Below, piece after piece: positions 11,946 through 23,931 of a stretch of 64,000 nt of DNA (position 1 is the first letter of the stretch; the number at the start of each line of letters is the position of its first letter). This DNA is from Camelus dromedarius. Its lineage: Eukaryota. Both the position numbers and the translations under genes were made by a program. The notes below the pieces were generated by a model. It did no database searches. It saw nothing but the letters and a program-made list of their open reading frames with translations, and was not told the origin of the DNA. Where the stretch lies: the NCBI RefSeq assembly GCF_036321535.1, contig NC_087452.1:5580001-5644000 (forward strand). Reading direction: 5' to 3'.

Positions 11946-12544
11946 TGGACAGTTTAATGGGCTGCAGGGGGTGAGCTCAGGACACAGGGATCAGGGAGGA
12001 GAGGGGAAAACAAGGGGAGGGGAGGAGTGGGGAATAAAATGATCTGTGGGCTACAGGTCAGAATGGGGTCCCAGACCCTGCTGGGTGGGGTGGAGGAGGC
12101 CAGCCACAGGCACGCCCCAGCCGCTCCCTGCTCAGAGAGTCCTGTAGTGTGTCTGCTGCCACCTCAGAGATGTGGCCCTGGGTTTGAAATGCCATTGGTG
12201 TCTTGCCTGGGGTCCAGAACTGAGTCCTCTTTTGGACAAGAAGAGAAAAGCATTTGGCAAACAGCTCGGCACCCTGGCTTCCCACAGGTCCCCCTCCCCA
12301 ATTCTGAAAAGAGTTTACCTCCCCCTGTTGTATCTGAGCCTCTCAGTGGTTGGATATTTGCTTCCTGGGGCTGAATTTAGCATTCACCAGCAGTGTGAAT
12401 CAAGACATTTTCTGGAGCGTATGAGGTCAGTTTCAAGTGATCTGGCGTATAGTATGTGATTTGATTGCTCAATATTAACATTGATTTTCCTGTTAGTATT
12501 AATAATCTTGGTAGAGCCCCAGCATTTCAGTCGTGAGCATGTGA

Positions 12545-12720
12545 CAGTGAGAGCACGAATTAGGACTAGATCAGTCCAGGACTGAGTCCCAACTCTGCAG
12601 TTCTCAAGCTGTGTGATCACGGCTTCATCACTTAACCTTTCTGAACTCCCACCCAATGGCAAGAACAAGGAGACCTGTAGTTCAAGTTTTTCATGGGGAT
12701 CCAATGCACAGAAGTGTGGA
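12545..12720 (+). mobile_element. MIR SINE
   Basis: gctgtgtgatcacggcttcatcacttaacctttctgaact. Confidence 0.6.
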
Positions 12721-13238
12721 GTTGACCCTAAAGTGGAGGTACTAGTGGGCTCCTGTGAGCCCCAGAGTCACCTTCCTGCCTTTTCTCAGTGCTGCCACCT
12801 GTTGGCCCAAAGTCACATGCACCAGGAGGCCTGAAACCAGGGTGGGGCCCAGCAGCTACCAAGAGGGCCTGCGAGTTCCCCCACCCCTGCCCACCCCCAC
12901 ACTTTCTATCCTAGTTCAGCTATTTCTTTTTTAAAATGAAGCAGCAGCCCTTGATTTTGAAAATAGATCACTCAGAGTTCTCCTCCCTCTAATTAGGTTG
13001 TCTCACTTGTCTGTTTTGCATAGTGAAGAAGGCAGCTTGGAATTTACCCGGAGGACTGCAGAGTCCGGAGCTGAGGGTGTTCTGGCCACCAGTCATGTCT
13101 GCCTGTCTCTCCATCTTGCTCTTTCTGAATGTAGCTCCTGTTCAGAGAACACTGGATCTGGGATCCAAGGATTTGGGTTCAAACTGGGGCTTTAGCCAGG
13201 TCCCTCCCTCTCCTGACCTCATCCTATTATCTACAGAA

Positions 13239-13400
13239 TGACGTCACCAGAAAGGTCTTGCTGAGCACAGGTTGCGGGCTGGGGTGGGGTAGGGGGCTCT
13301 TTGTGAAATCCAGGATCAGGGGATGAGGGAAGGTCCTTGGTCGGTGTTGACCAGGGTGAGCGTTCAGATGGCGGGGCACTTTGGTGGCACTTCCGGATGT
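13239..13400. promoter_or_regulatory. Candidate regulatory module: CRE palindrome + G4 + ETS
   Basis: TGACGTCA 13239-13246; GGGctGGGGtGGGGtaGGGGG 13276-13296; ACTTCCGGATGT 13389-13400. Confidence 0.45.
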
Positions 13401-13639
13401 GGAATACAGCCCAGGTTGACATGCTGAGGCCGAAAACTCAGAAACGCCATGCTTTACGCCGTCGTTTCCTGATGCCTTGTTTCTGGGGTATTTATACTAA
13501 GAAATACTGACCTCTGGAAACATCTGGGCCCCCCAACCCATGGAGATGTCTCAGAATCACCCACAGGGCATCGTGTTGTGGTGTCGGAGGACACGGACAG
13601 CTCTGAATTAGAGAGGCCCAGGCTGAAACCCCCGCTGCC

Positions 13640-13905
13640 AGCCAGCCGGGGGACCTGGGCCAGTGACATTGCCTCTCTGCCTCTGCTTCCTCATCTGCAA
13701 AATGGGGAGACTAACCCCTCTAGGTCCATGGCCAGGGACTTCTGGACGGTGTCCAGCAAGGTGTGGTGCCGGGAGGGACCATCTCTGAGATGGTCCTGCC
13801 CAGTCCCTTCATTTTCCAGGTGGGGAAACGGAGGCCCAGTGGGGAAAGGGTCAGCTCAAGGTCACACAGCCAGTCAGTGGCCAAGCTTGGTCTCCTGAAT
13901 CTCCA
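13640..13905. mobile_element. Two MIR fragments (+ then -)
   Basis: tctctgcctctgcttcctcatctgcaaaatgggg; ggggaaacggaggcccag...caaggtcacacagc. Confidence 0.7.
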
Positions 13906-15379
13906 GGGCTCCGTCTTGCTGGAGCCCCAGTGAGGGTGGAAACACTGCCTAGATCCTCACTGGAGTCTTAAGTGGGGGAGAAGTAGTCCTTGTTGCCTGG
14001 TAACCCCACTAAAGTGGGAAGCCTGGAAAACATCAGGTGGTGGAATTTTAAAGCTCAGAGAGCAGTGTGGGCAGAACTCCGTGTTCCCGAAGGGGCGAGA
14101 CCCTCTCCTCCCGGCCGTCCATACCCACCAGGCTCCAGAGAGAAGCGAATCTGGGGGTGGGGCCTGTGCCCCTCAGCCATACATGGGCTCTCCCCCAGGG
14201 CAGTGAGATTCAGTTCACGCAGGGGCTGCACAAACTGGGAGGTGAGTGAGAGAAAGATGGCTGGAGGCTTGCCAGGCAGTTGGGGCTGGCCATCCATCTA
14301 TTTGTTGCTCCTCTGGGCTTCCAGCTGGGCACCATGTAGGGTGCTGAGCAGACAGAGGAGACCGTCGGTCTGCCCAGAGTTCCTTCATCTGGGGGATGCA
14401 GATGTATACGTGGAAATTGCTAGCGAACAATAAGAGGCCACAAGGACTGTAAGCCAGTGAGAGCCGGGCCCCAGGGGCAATGGTCTGGGAGGGCTTCCTG
14501 GAAGAGGTGGCCATCAGAGAGCTCGATAGGATTTGGAGAGAAGGGGGAGGGCACCAGTTGCTGGCTAGTAGCTCTGTGCAGATCCACACCAGGGTTCCAG
14601 GGAGGATGGGGGCAGTGTCATACAGAAAGACAGAGAGGGGCTCTGGGTTCAAGAGAGCAAGGTGCAAGTCCGGCATCAGACTCAAGTCTGCGCTTTTACC
14701 CGCGATTGGGAGGGTTGATCCCCCTGAACCTCTGGTTGCCTCTCTCAGTTGCAACCAAGTTTCTACTTTTAGGAGCAGCAGCTTAGGGGGCGTTAGGAGG
14801 AGGAGAGGGAATCTCTGACCCACCAAACCCCTCAGGCACTCCTGAGTGAGTGTCTTTGGGGAGCCAGGCCAGCAGCCATGGGCACAGTGCGCAGCAGGAG
14901 AGCTTCAGCACTGAACTGGATTCCATCCCTGCTCTGCCACCGGCTTCTTAAAACCAGAAGCAAGTCCTTCAGCATATATGACTTTTGCTTGCTCTCTCTG
15001 TGCAGCGGCTCTTGGGGGCTGTTTAGGAGGCTCTTGGAAGTTCCTTCCATCCTGAAGAGTCTCTTCTAGGTGTTCCCACAATGAGGACAGAAGCAGCGCC
15101 CTCCCCTGGTGGGTTCAGGCAGCCGTTGGTCTGTTCTTCCTTCCGTGTTGGATTTCTCTCTGCCGCCAGCTGTGGCACCTGCCTCTCCCCTTGCTGGGGT
15201 GGGTGGGACCCCCTAAGCAGGATGGGACCCCGTGCCTGTCATTCCTTCAGGAGCTTAAGACGTCAGGAGGGGTCGTGGAACGTAAATTTTAGGAAGAAAT
15301 TCATCTTTGGTGGGTCCTCCATGCAAGCTCAGGAGTGGTTTCAGTCACGAGTTCCCACATCTTTGCTTTCATTCACGCG

Positions 15380-15840
15380 TCCAGGCAATATTTATTGAGG
15401 TCCTACTCTGTGCTAGGTACCGTGGCACACAACAACGAGCAAAAGCAGATGAGGTTCCTTCCCCGCCCAGCAGGGAGACAGACATCATTCTAGGAATCAT
15501 ACAGCTTTGTGTAAAGGCCTCTGTGTGGCAAGAGATACATGTGCCGTGAACAAGGCTATGGGAGGATGGTAGCAGGGCAGCCCGGGCAGTGTGGTCAGGG
15601 GAGGTCTCCCTGAAGAAGTGATGTGGAGTCAAGGCCTGCAGGATGGGGAACCGTTAGCCAGGCTAAGGGGAGAATGAAGAGACAGGTCAGCCTGTGCAAA
15701 GGGCTGGTGGCCTGAGCTCTAAGTGCGAGGAGGCGGCGGTACAGGCTGAGACGGGTGGGACCGGACCTGAGGTTGGCAGGCCCCTGTGGGATTTCTTCTT
15801 CATCCTCGATGTAGAGGGAAGTTTCGTGAGTGTTTGGAGC
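15380..15840 (-). mobile_element. L2 LINE 3' region
   Basis: tatttattgaggtcctactctgtgctagg, ggtcagggaggtctccctgaagaagtgatg, gcctgtgcaaagggctggtgg. Confidence 0.75.
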
Positions 15841-16529
15841 AGGGGAGCTGGGAAGGGGCTTAGGAGGTGACACAGACTGAGATGGGGAGACTGGAAGGAG
15901 ACTAAAATCTGTGGGAAAAGATGAACCTTTTCTTCCTCCTCAAATTAAGCAAAGGCAACCTTCTCCATTTCCTTCTATTTTCAAGGCAGCTGGGAGATCA
16001 CATACCTTTGCTCTCATGTTTCCAACGATCTTTTAAATCTTTCTTACCTCTGAGAAAAAGCAAATTAAAAATATGCCCAACAGACCCAGGGCCGAGGTTC
16101 ACAAAAGAGTTTTGGTGAAATAGGATTAGTCCCTAAGTCCCAGCAAAGCTTGTGGGGTCATGCCAGGCGGAGGGGAGGTCTAGCCTGCCCGCAAGCCGAG
16201 TCCCATGACCAGGGAGCTGTGCCGAGGTGCCCTTGGGTGACGCCCCCTTGTCGCCGGACACTTGTCTTTCAGAAAGGGAGCTCCGGCCTTCATGAGTGAG
16301 TAACTCAACTGCCCTGGGGTTGGGGGCCAGGCTAGAGGGCTTTGCTCTGGGGGGCAGGGACATGCAGGGTGGGGGTCTCCTTGGGGACCCCAGAGGCTGC
16401 TCTGTTTGGAGGACAAATCAAGTCCTCACAGCCACGGGGCCCTGGAGGCTTCAGGGTCCGGGAGAGGTGATCTTCCCTCCAGAACACTGCCAGGGAGGTG
16501 ACAGGTGCCCAGGATGAAAGGACGCAGGG

Positions 16530-16660
16530 TCCCGGCTCCAGAGTGAAACAGCTCAGGATTCAGACCCCCCTGGACCACTCCCTGTCTCCGGTACATCACT
16601 CAGCTCAACTGCCTTGGGCTTCCGTTTCCTCACCTGCAGCACAGGGGGTCATGCTCTTCC
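16530..16660 (+). mobile_element. MIR fragment
   Basis: gggcttccgtttcctcacctgcagcacagggg. Confidence 0.55.
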
Positions 16661-17224
16661 TGAGCTTTTGGAAGAGCAGTGAGCAGTCACTGAGCCCCCT
16701 ACAAGGGGGTCAGCACTGGTCTGGATCTGCAGCCAGAAGTCACACCCTTGCTTCCCCCTCCCTTACTTGTCTCCCCCGGGAGTGCTCCCTTTATAAATCA
16801 CTCGTAGAGGAATCCTCCTCTTGGGGTCTGCAGTAAGTGTAACTGTTTCCTCGTTCTCCAGGTGAGGGGACTGGGGTTGAGGACATCTCAGCCACTTTCT
16901 CAGGTGTCGCACAGCCACGGTGGCTGAGCCGGGCCTCGGGCCAGCTGTGTCTGACTCCACAGCCCAGGTTTTTCCACTCTGCAGCCTATGATAAGGGCTA
17001 ACGCAGAGAGAGAGAGATCAGTTTCCAAAGGAGGCCAGAGGAAGGGGCCGCAAATTATCGTGTTTGGGCGTGAGGGCAGATGGTGTGTGCTGACACTGAG
17101 CAGCCCTTGAAAGCACAGGTGGGATTTTTCAGACAGAGATGGTGGGAATGGCATTGTAGGAGGAGGAACAGCATGTGCAAAGGCATGGAGGTGTAAAAAT
17201 CACTGCTTGTTGGGGAAATTCATG

Positions 17225-17900
17225 TGCCCTCTTCTTCCAGCCTTATCGTTTCTCACCTCCTGACTGCCTCCCTGCTTCCATCCAAAGCCCCTCCAATCTG
17301 TTCTCCAAACAGAAGCAGCCAGAACTGTCTTTTTAAAATGTAAATTTGATCATGTCTCACTGAGCTTCCTCCAAAAATAAAACCTCCAGTGACTTCCTCT
17401 TCTACTTAAAAAAGAAAATCTAAGCATCTTTCCATGTCCAGCCAGCCCTGGGGATCCGGCCCAGCCAGCTTCTGTCCTCATCTCCTGCCCTGCCCCGCTT
17501 CACGCCCTCCAGCCACCTTGGCCGTTTCTGCTCTCCGAACACTGTAAGTTTGTTCCTGCTCCGGGGCCTTTGCACTTGCCGTGCTCTGTATTGGAGGAGG
17601 AGACTTTCTTCTTCCACTTCTTCCTGGGTCTGGCTTCATCTTGTCCTTGAGGTCTCAATATATGTCATTCCTTAGAGAGGTCACACCACAGCCCATTGCC
17701 CTGTTTGGATTCCTTCGTGATCCTTTTGCACCTCCAGTCTTCAGGCTAGTTTGGCGGTTTTCTTGTCTACTTTGCATCTCTTCACTGGAATGTGAGCTGT
17801 CTGAGGGCACAGACATTGTGTCTCTCACCTCTTTATCCCAAGTGCCTCTGGCAGGGTCTGGTGCATCGTGGATGCTCAGGTATAATTGCTGCATTTGGCT
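17225..17900 (+). mobile_element. L2 (L2a-like) 3' end
   Basis: ccaaacagaagcagccaga, gggcctttgcacttgccgtg, ctggaatgtgagctgtctgagggcacagac, ggtgcatcgtggatgctcag. Confidence 0.8.
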
Positions 17901-18819
17901 CGTCTTTGTGGAAGGAACAATGACCAAAGGGACCAGGCTAGGCGGTGAAAGGCTTTGAACATCAAAGGCATTTGGACATTATCCTCTGAATAATAAGGAG
18001 CTACCACCAGTTAAGGCCACTGCCTCCCCAGTTCCAGTACTGAAAGGATGGGAACAGAGAGGTGTTCTGGGATGCCCAGAGCCAGGCAGATCAGCTCCCA
18101 GTCCTGAAATGGGCCGGCTACTACTCCCTGTGCTCGGTGCCCGACCCCACCCTGTTTCAGGGTCGGGGGAACAAAAGAGAACTGATGGAGGGAAGTTGGC
18201 CCAGACCTGTGGAGAGGTGCGGCTGGCTCCCCTCCCACTAGAGCCCCCATCTCTTTGCTCCCAGGCACTGCCTCCCCATCTTTTTCCTCCTCAAACACCC
18301 TCTCCTCTACCACCCCTACTGCCTGTGAAATAAATCAGATGCCTTGTTCAAGTTTCTCCAGAAACTTTAACCCATCCTTGAGGACACCGCTGTGCAACTA
18401 AAAGCTTATTTTGTTTGGACTCATCGATTGATGGTTTGTTTTCCTCACCCTCAGATATATTTCCAAGAGGAAAAATGTTTTGTCCTTTCATGGCATTGGC
18501 TTGTAAAGAGTTGGAAAGGGTTATTAAGTGTACCAATTAATTGCAATTCAAGCATTGACAGAGAAGGAGTTGGCTTGTGAGCTGGACAGATTTTTAAATC
18601 AGGTTTTCTCAGTTTATCATGGGGAGCTTTTCTCCTGATACTCTTGAAAGCATATACTGAGTCAGGCTGTTTCAGAGGAAGGAAGGAAGGAGGGAACTTC
18701 TCTTGGTAAGAAGAAATATAGAGAATCGTTTCTAAAATGGCTAAGCGGGAAGGAGGGGGTACTGAGAGGACCACGTGGGCAGGTGACTCCAGAGAAATGA
18801 GGGAACATGGAACCATCCT

Positions 18820-19146
18820 CAGACTGTCCTGTGCATGAGAACCACCTGGGGCCCAGCACACTGCAGTGTGGGGTGCACCCCGAGGGCTTGCATTTCTAGT
18901 GCCTCCCAGGTAGTGCGGATGCTGCCGGTCCACGGACCACACTTTGAGTAGCAGGCTTTTACGGGACTAGAGTGCAGCAGCTGTGACCAAGTTGGATTCT
19001 TCTGGAGTACCTGGGCAGTTTGGAAAGTAGAGCTCATTTGTCCTAACCTTGGGGATTCTGATTGAGTGGGTCTGGGATGGGGCCTGAGAACCTGCATTTC
19101 TAACACACTCCCAGGGGAGACTGATGCTTGTGGCCCATGGACCACC
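18820..19146 (-). mobile_element. Two consecutive MER5A-like hAT-Charlie MITE copies
   Basis: Both copies contain gcatttcta...ctcccagg...gatgct...ggaccac (about 18820-18958 and 18985-19146). Confidence 0.75.
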
Positions 19147-19589
19147 ATGATTGCACTCTTCTCTGGGGCCTGGACGTGTGTCGGGAATTCCGCCTTCATT
19201 AGCTTATTTACTGCTTACACAAACCCATTATTATTACTTATATTTTAAAGGCAATTAAACTAGAGCACATAGAGGTTAAGAGACTTCAGACTGAAGGTGG
19301 ACCCAGAATTTAAACCCAGGCAACCTGCATCCGAGACACACCACATGGCTCTGGGCACCTGTTCCACCACCCTCCTGCTGGGAGCTTCCACCCCGGAGGA
19401 CACAAGATGAGTGTGTGTTTTAGAGCATAGACTCCGTGGATTCTCTTCTCTTAGCTTTGGCCTGGGCTGGAATTCCTTCTTCCACGTTCTCTTCCTGGTA
19501 GTTTCCCACCCCCACCCTTGGGGAAGTCCGCATTCCCGACACATTCCCAGGCCCCAGAGAAGCGTACAGTCGCGGTGGGGTTGACGCTG

Positions 19590-19985
19590 TTGAGAGGACT
19601 CGCGGGAGGAATGACTCTTTGCACTGCCTAAAATAATCACAAAGGCCTCGCAGAGGGGAGACGCTGGAAGTGAAGTGCAGGATGAGCAGAGAGGGGAGAG
19701 GAGGGCCTTCCAGGAAGAGGGAGCAGTCGAGCCTTTGCTTCTGCAAAGGCCTAAAAGCAGGAGAGGAAATGACACAGCCAAGGCTGCTCTGTGAGGCTGG
19801 AGAGTGGAGTGAGGAGCAGGCCTTGGAGACAAGTGAGCTGAGTGGCCCTCTCTGAGCTGTAGCCTCATCTGAAATGTGAGGATGATAGTAGCGCGTGCCC
19901 TAGCCTGGATACAGTGAGGATTATGTGAAACAGTAGCAGGAGGTCAGCATGCAAAGCTCAGTGATGGTTAGTTATCATTCTTGTT
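19590..19985. mobile_element. L2 fragment (-) followed by MIR (+)
   Basis: ggccttccaggaagagggagc...tgcaaaggcc; ctgagctgtagcctcatctgaaatgtgaggatgatagtag. Confidence 0.55.
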
Positions 19986-20451
19986 ACTGATGCTGGGAAA
20001 TATCCACTAATTTATAGCCAGGGATTCAGCCTTTAGCAGAATATTCTGGAAACTGCATTAGGAGCTGCCTTTTGGGTGAATTGAACAAACCACGCTGGGA
20101 GCCTGCAGACAGCGTTACCCTGTAGCCCCACCTTGTTTCTTCACCCAGCTCCGGCACCTTCCTTCCCCCATCCTGCACTGTCTCTGTCAGACTTGGCTAA
20201 GGATGCCTTTGGGCTCTTCAGAAAGCAGGTTTGCCCACAGCCGGTGAATATGGGCACTCTGAAGTCTTGAAAAGAATGTTTCCAGGAAGGGTTGATGGAA
20301 TAAGGGTCACTGCTCCCGGCCTTCCACCCTCACTGCTCTAGGGCACACCAAGTGAAGGGAAATTGGCAGTGGCCTGTCACAGCCCCCACATGGGGCACGT
20401 GCCAGCCTGCTGCTCTGAGCGCCTGCCTTAGAAATACCCAGCAGGGGCCAC

Positions 20452-21068
20452 TCCTTTTTTTAACTTTGATTNNNNNNNNNNNNNNNNNNNNNNNNNNNNN
20501 NNNNNNNNNNNNNNNNNNNNNNNNNNNNNNNNNNNNNNNNNNNNNNNNNNNNNNNNNNNNNNNNNNNNNNNNNNNNNNNNNNNNNNNNNNNNNNNNNNNN
20601 NNNNNNNNNNNNNNNNNNNNNNNNNNNNNNNNNNNNNNNNNNNNNNNNNNNNNNNNNNNNNNNNNNNNNNNNNNNNCCAGTCTGACAGCTCCAGGGATCT
20701 CATATNNNNNNNNNNNNNNNNNNNNNNNNNNNNNNNNNNNNNNNNNNNNNNNNNNNNNNNNNNNNNNNNNNNNNNNNNNNNNNNNNNNNNNNNNNNNNNN
20801 NNNNNNNNNNNNNNNNNNNNNNNNNNNNNNNNNNNNNNNNNNNNNNNNNNNNNNNNNNNNNNNNNNNNNNNNNNNNNNNNNNNNNNNNNNNNNNNNNNNN
20901 NNNNNNNNNNNNNNGTGCGCTATGAACATGGGTGTACACGTGTCTGTTTGAGTCCCTGCTTCCAGGCCTTTTGTGTGGATACCCACGCATGGGGTTGCTG
21001 GAACATATGCTGTTGTACATTTAACTCTTGGAGGAATCTTCATACCATGTTCCATGGTGGCTGCACCA
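20452..21068 (-). mobile_element. L1MA/MB-like 3' end, partly N-masked
   Basis: gctatgaacatgggtgtacacgtgtctgtttgagtccctgc...ccatgttccatggtggctgcacca; antisense translation QTDTCTPMFIA resembles the L1 ORF2 C-terminus. Confidence 0.8.
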
Positions 21069-21814
21069 AGGGCCCTGCCTTTTGCCTCCTTCCTCCAAGT
21101 ACTTACGCAGCCAAGACCTTTCTGGATTCAGGTCACCCTGGAACATCAGTATGTGGTGTTATAACAACACTTAAGTGCTGAGTTAAAGCTAAAATCTGGG
21201 TTTCTGTAGTGAATATCACCAGAAATGACACATGTCTGTGAGTTTCAACAGTCTTCCCTTACAGCTCACCTCATGTCTGACTCTTAGAGGGGATGGACCA
21301 TCATTTATTTCCTTAATGTAATTATGGATGTGTGATAGATTTCTCTGGAAATGATGGAAACCTTTCTGCTTGAGGGTGGCCCAGAGCCTCTGCCCCTTCA
21401 AAGGTCATCAGCCTTCAAAGGCCATTCACACCAGCCAGGACACGTCTGGGGCTGGAGTGGACGCAAGGAGGTCCATTTATTTATTAATGATGAAAAATAG
21501 CTCCGTCATCTGGATCAGAATATTCTCTCCTTGAAGCCCCAGGCTCCACAGAAAACCACATCAGTGTAGAAGGCTGTTGAATGATTTACCACAGAACCGC
21601 TCTTCCCCCGAACAGAAACCTGGAACTTACATGATCCATTCCTTCTCTCCTGGTTTAGAAGGCTATGTGGGCATCAGAAGATAGTCCCAAATTGAAGCAG
21701 GGGAGTGAGGTGGAAGGAGTGTAGGATGGCATTAAGCTAAAGGACTCTATCTCTCAATGGGAAGGGCTGGCCAGAAGGTTACAATCCTTGATGCTAGCTA
21801 ACTCTACTGCCACC

Positions 21815-22960
21815 TTCATCCACCCAGCCAGCCACGCATCGATCTGTGTATCAGTCCATCCAGTCATCCATCCAGTTCATCCCTGAGCTGAGGTCTGAGC
21901 ATGAATAGGAGTTAACTAGTCTAATATGGCAAGTGCTCCAAGCTGAGGGAATAATAACACGTGCAGTGGGCCTGTGGTGGGAGGGAGGTTGTCAGCCACT
22001 AGGGTTGGATCAGGGAGATGAGCAAGAGGATGACACAGGATAAGGCTGCAGGGATGAGCAGGGGCCAGACCACGCAGGTGTGTGGGAGACCACAGGGAGT
22101 TTTAACTATACCAGTGGTATCCAACCAAACTTTCTGTGATGGAAATGTTCTACACCCGTGGGTTCAATATAATAGCCACTAGCCACATGTCACTCCCGAG
22201 CACTTGAAATGTGGCTAGTGTGACTAAGGACCAGAACTTTTGTTTTTATTTCATTTTAATTAGTTCAAGTGGTCATATGTGACTTATGACTCCTGCTTTG
22301 GAGCACACAAGTCTATACCCTAAAAACAGTGGGAGGCACATGGAGGGTCTTAGCAAGGGGTGAATCAACATGATCGCAGGCGTCAGGGGCTGCTTAGTGG
22401 AGAATGGATTGGGAAGAGGAGGGGAGGACGCGGGGACACCCAGTCAGGAGGCTTCTGCAGTGGTTCAGGGACGAGGACTGGTCTCCCAGGCTGGGGGTGG
22501 GTTGAGGTGAAGGCGAAGAGAAGTGAAGAGATTTGGGGAAGACCAAGGATGGAAAATCAGCGGGACGTGGTGCTGAAGGAGATGTGGGTGATTTGGAAAC
22601 TGAGGCATCAGGATAACCCCCTGGTCTCTAGTGGGATGGAGAACGGTGCTTTCTCTAGGACAGGAACCCCAGGAGGAAGACCAGATTTAGGGAGTTTGAG
22701 GGTCCTGAATTCCGCATGGGTCACAGAGCACAGGTGGGTTTTGAGTTGTTCAAGAGGAGGTGTCGCTGGGAGCTGGTGCTCTGAGGAGAAGTGTGGGTCG
22801 GAGATGGAGGGTGGGGAGTCATTCGTGAGTGGGCAGAAATTGAGGCATGGGTGTGTGTGGGAGAGGGGAAGGCACAGACCCCGGCCCAAGGGCCCCAGCT
22901 GCAATGCTGGGTGCAGGAAGTTGTGTCTGCAGAGTGACAGAGAGGTCATGGCCAGAGTTT
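21815..22960 (-). mobile_element. L2 LINE remnant split by a MER3 insertion
   Basis: gagctgaggtctgagcatgaataggagtt; ggagggtcttagcaagggg...cagtcaggaggcttctgcagtggttcagg. Confidence 0.7.
22112..22310. mobile_element. MER3 (hAT-Charlie MITE)
   Basis: aactttctgtgatggaaatgttct...tagccactagccacatgt...gagcacttgaaatgtggctagtgtgactaagg; flanks aactatac / gtctatac resemble an 8-bp TSD. Confidence 0.85.
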
Positions 22961-23686
22961 CCAAAAGAGAGCTCTCCATCTGCTGCCCATCCCCCCAGCA
23001 GGGTCCCCCCTCCCATCCCATGTGGACAGACCTGGGGACCCTTTTCCTCTCCTTCCTCCCCACTTCCCCACAGCAGCTGTGGTCACTTGGTGGAGGGAGC
23101 GGAACCACTCATCCTCTTCCCCATGGAACTCTGTTCCTTGGCCTCTGTGACAGCAAGTGTGGAACCTAGATGATTGGGGGAGAGAGAGGAGAACAGAATA
23201 CAGCTAAACAAAGCAGAGAGGTTAGGACCGTTCAGATTTCTCAGTTGGATGTGAGGGCACTTTCCCATCCAGCCCAGCCTGACTCCCACCGCTCACCTTC
23301 CTCCCTCCCAGACTGACCTACCCAAGGACCTGAGTGCACCCCTCCCCTCCAGGGTCACTGTTATGAGCCCATTTCCCCCACCAGTATCACCTTCTCCTCG
23401 TCTTCCCCTGTGGAAACCCTCCCCATGGGCTGGACACAACTCAAATCCCTCTTTCCTCACAGTCCGTCTCCTTCCCAAATCCTTGCATGGTGGAAGGGGC
23501 TGCCCACACTCACCCTTCCCCACATCGGCCCCACCACGAGCCATGCGCCGAAGCCCCACGGCTCTGCTGAATCACAGCCTCATATAACGTCCCTTTGTAG
23601 TCCGTCATTCACCTGGCAATTAATCACATCCTGCTGTGTCCCATCTCTGATGCTGTTGATTTGCAGGGCGCTCCGTGTCTTGTATT

Positions 23687-23931
23687 ATTATGTAACTCCC
23701 CACGTGCTGGCTCTTCAACCTGAATTAAGTTCCGGTGGGTGCGGGGGGTGGGGTGGTCAGGGGTGCCTTATCTGTCTCCGCATCCTCCAAAGCTCTTAGC
23801 CGAGTGGCTCACACGGGAGATGCTCAGTAAGTGCGTGATGATGGATGGGCTTGTTGTTGATTTTCCTCCAGCCCAATCCTTTATGCTCCTGTCAGAAAAA
23901 TCCTTCTCAAGGATTGTTCTCATTACGTAAC
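23687..23931. promoter_or_regulatory. Candidate PAR-bZIP (D-box) / E-box enhancer
   Basis: ATTATGTAAC 23687-23696; CACGTG 23701-23706; ATTACGTAAC 23922-23931. Confidence 0.4.

Noticed and set aside
14215-14826. 203-aa - strand ORF (similarly 19260-19868 and 48380-48991)
   Set aside because: Stop-poor GC-rich sequence with overlapping ORFs on both strands, partly MIR/L2-derived; no homology recognised
20330-21055. 241-aa and overlapping ORFs containing X runs (also near 25.7-26.9 kb and 32.1-32.4 kb)
   Set aside because: Artefacts of N-runs inside L1; the real residues are decayed L1 ORF1/ORF2
21100-21185. - strand exon-like segment (ttaactcag|...TGC|gtaagt)
   Set aside because: Stops in all three frames, weak -1 base, adjacent to L1; no independent support
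22360-23169. Longest ORF in the track (269 aa)
   Set aside because: Runs through an antisense L2 remnant; low-complexity G/R/W-rich translation; no domain or splice structure
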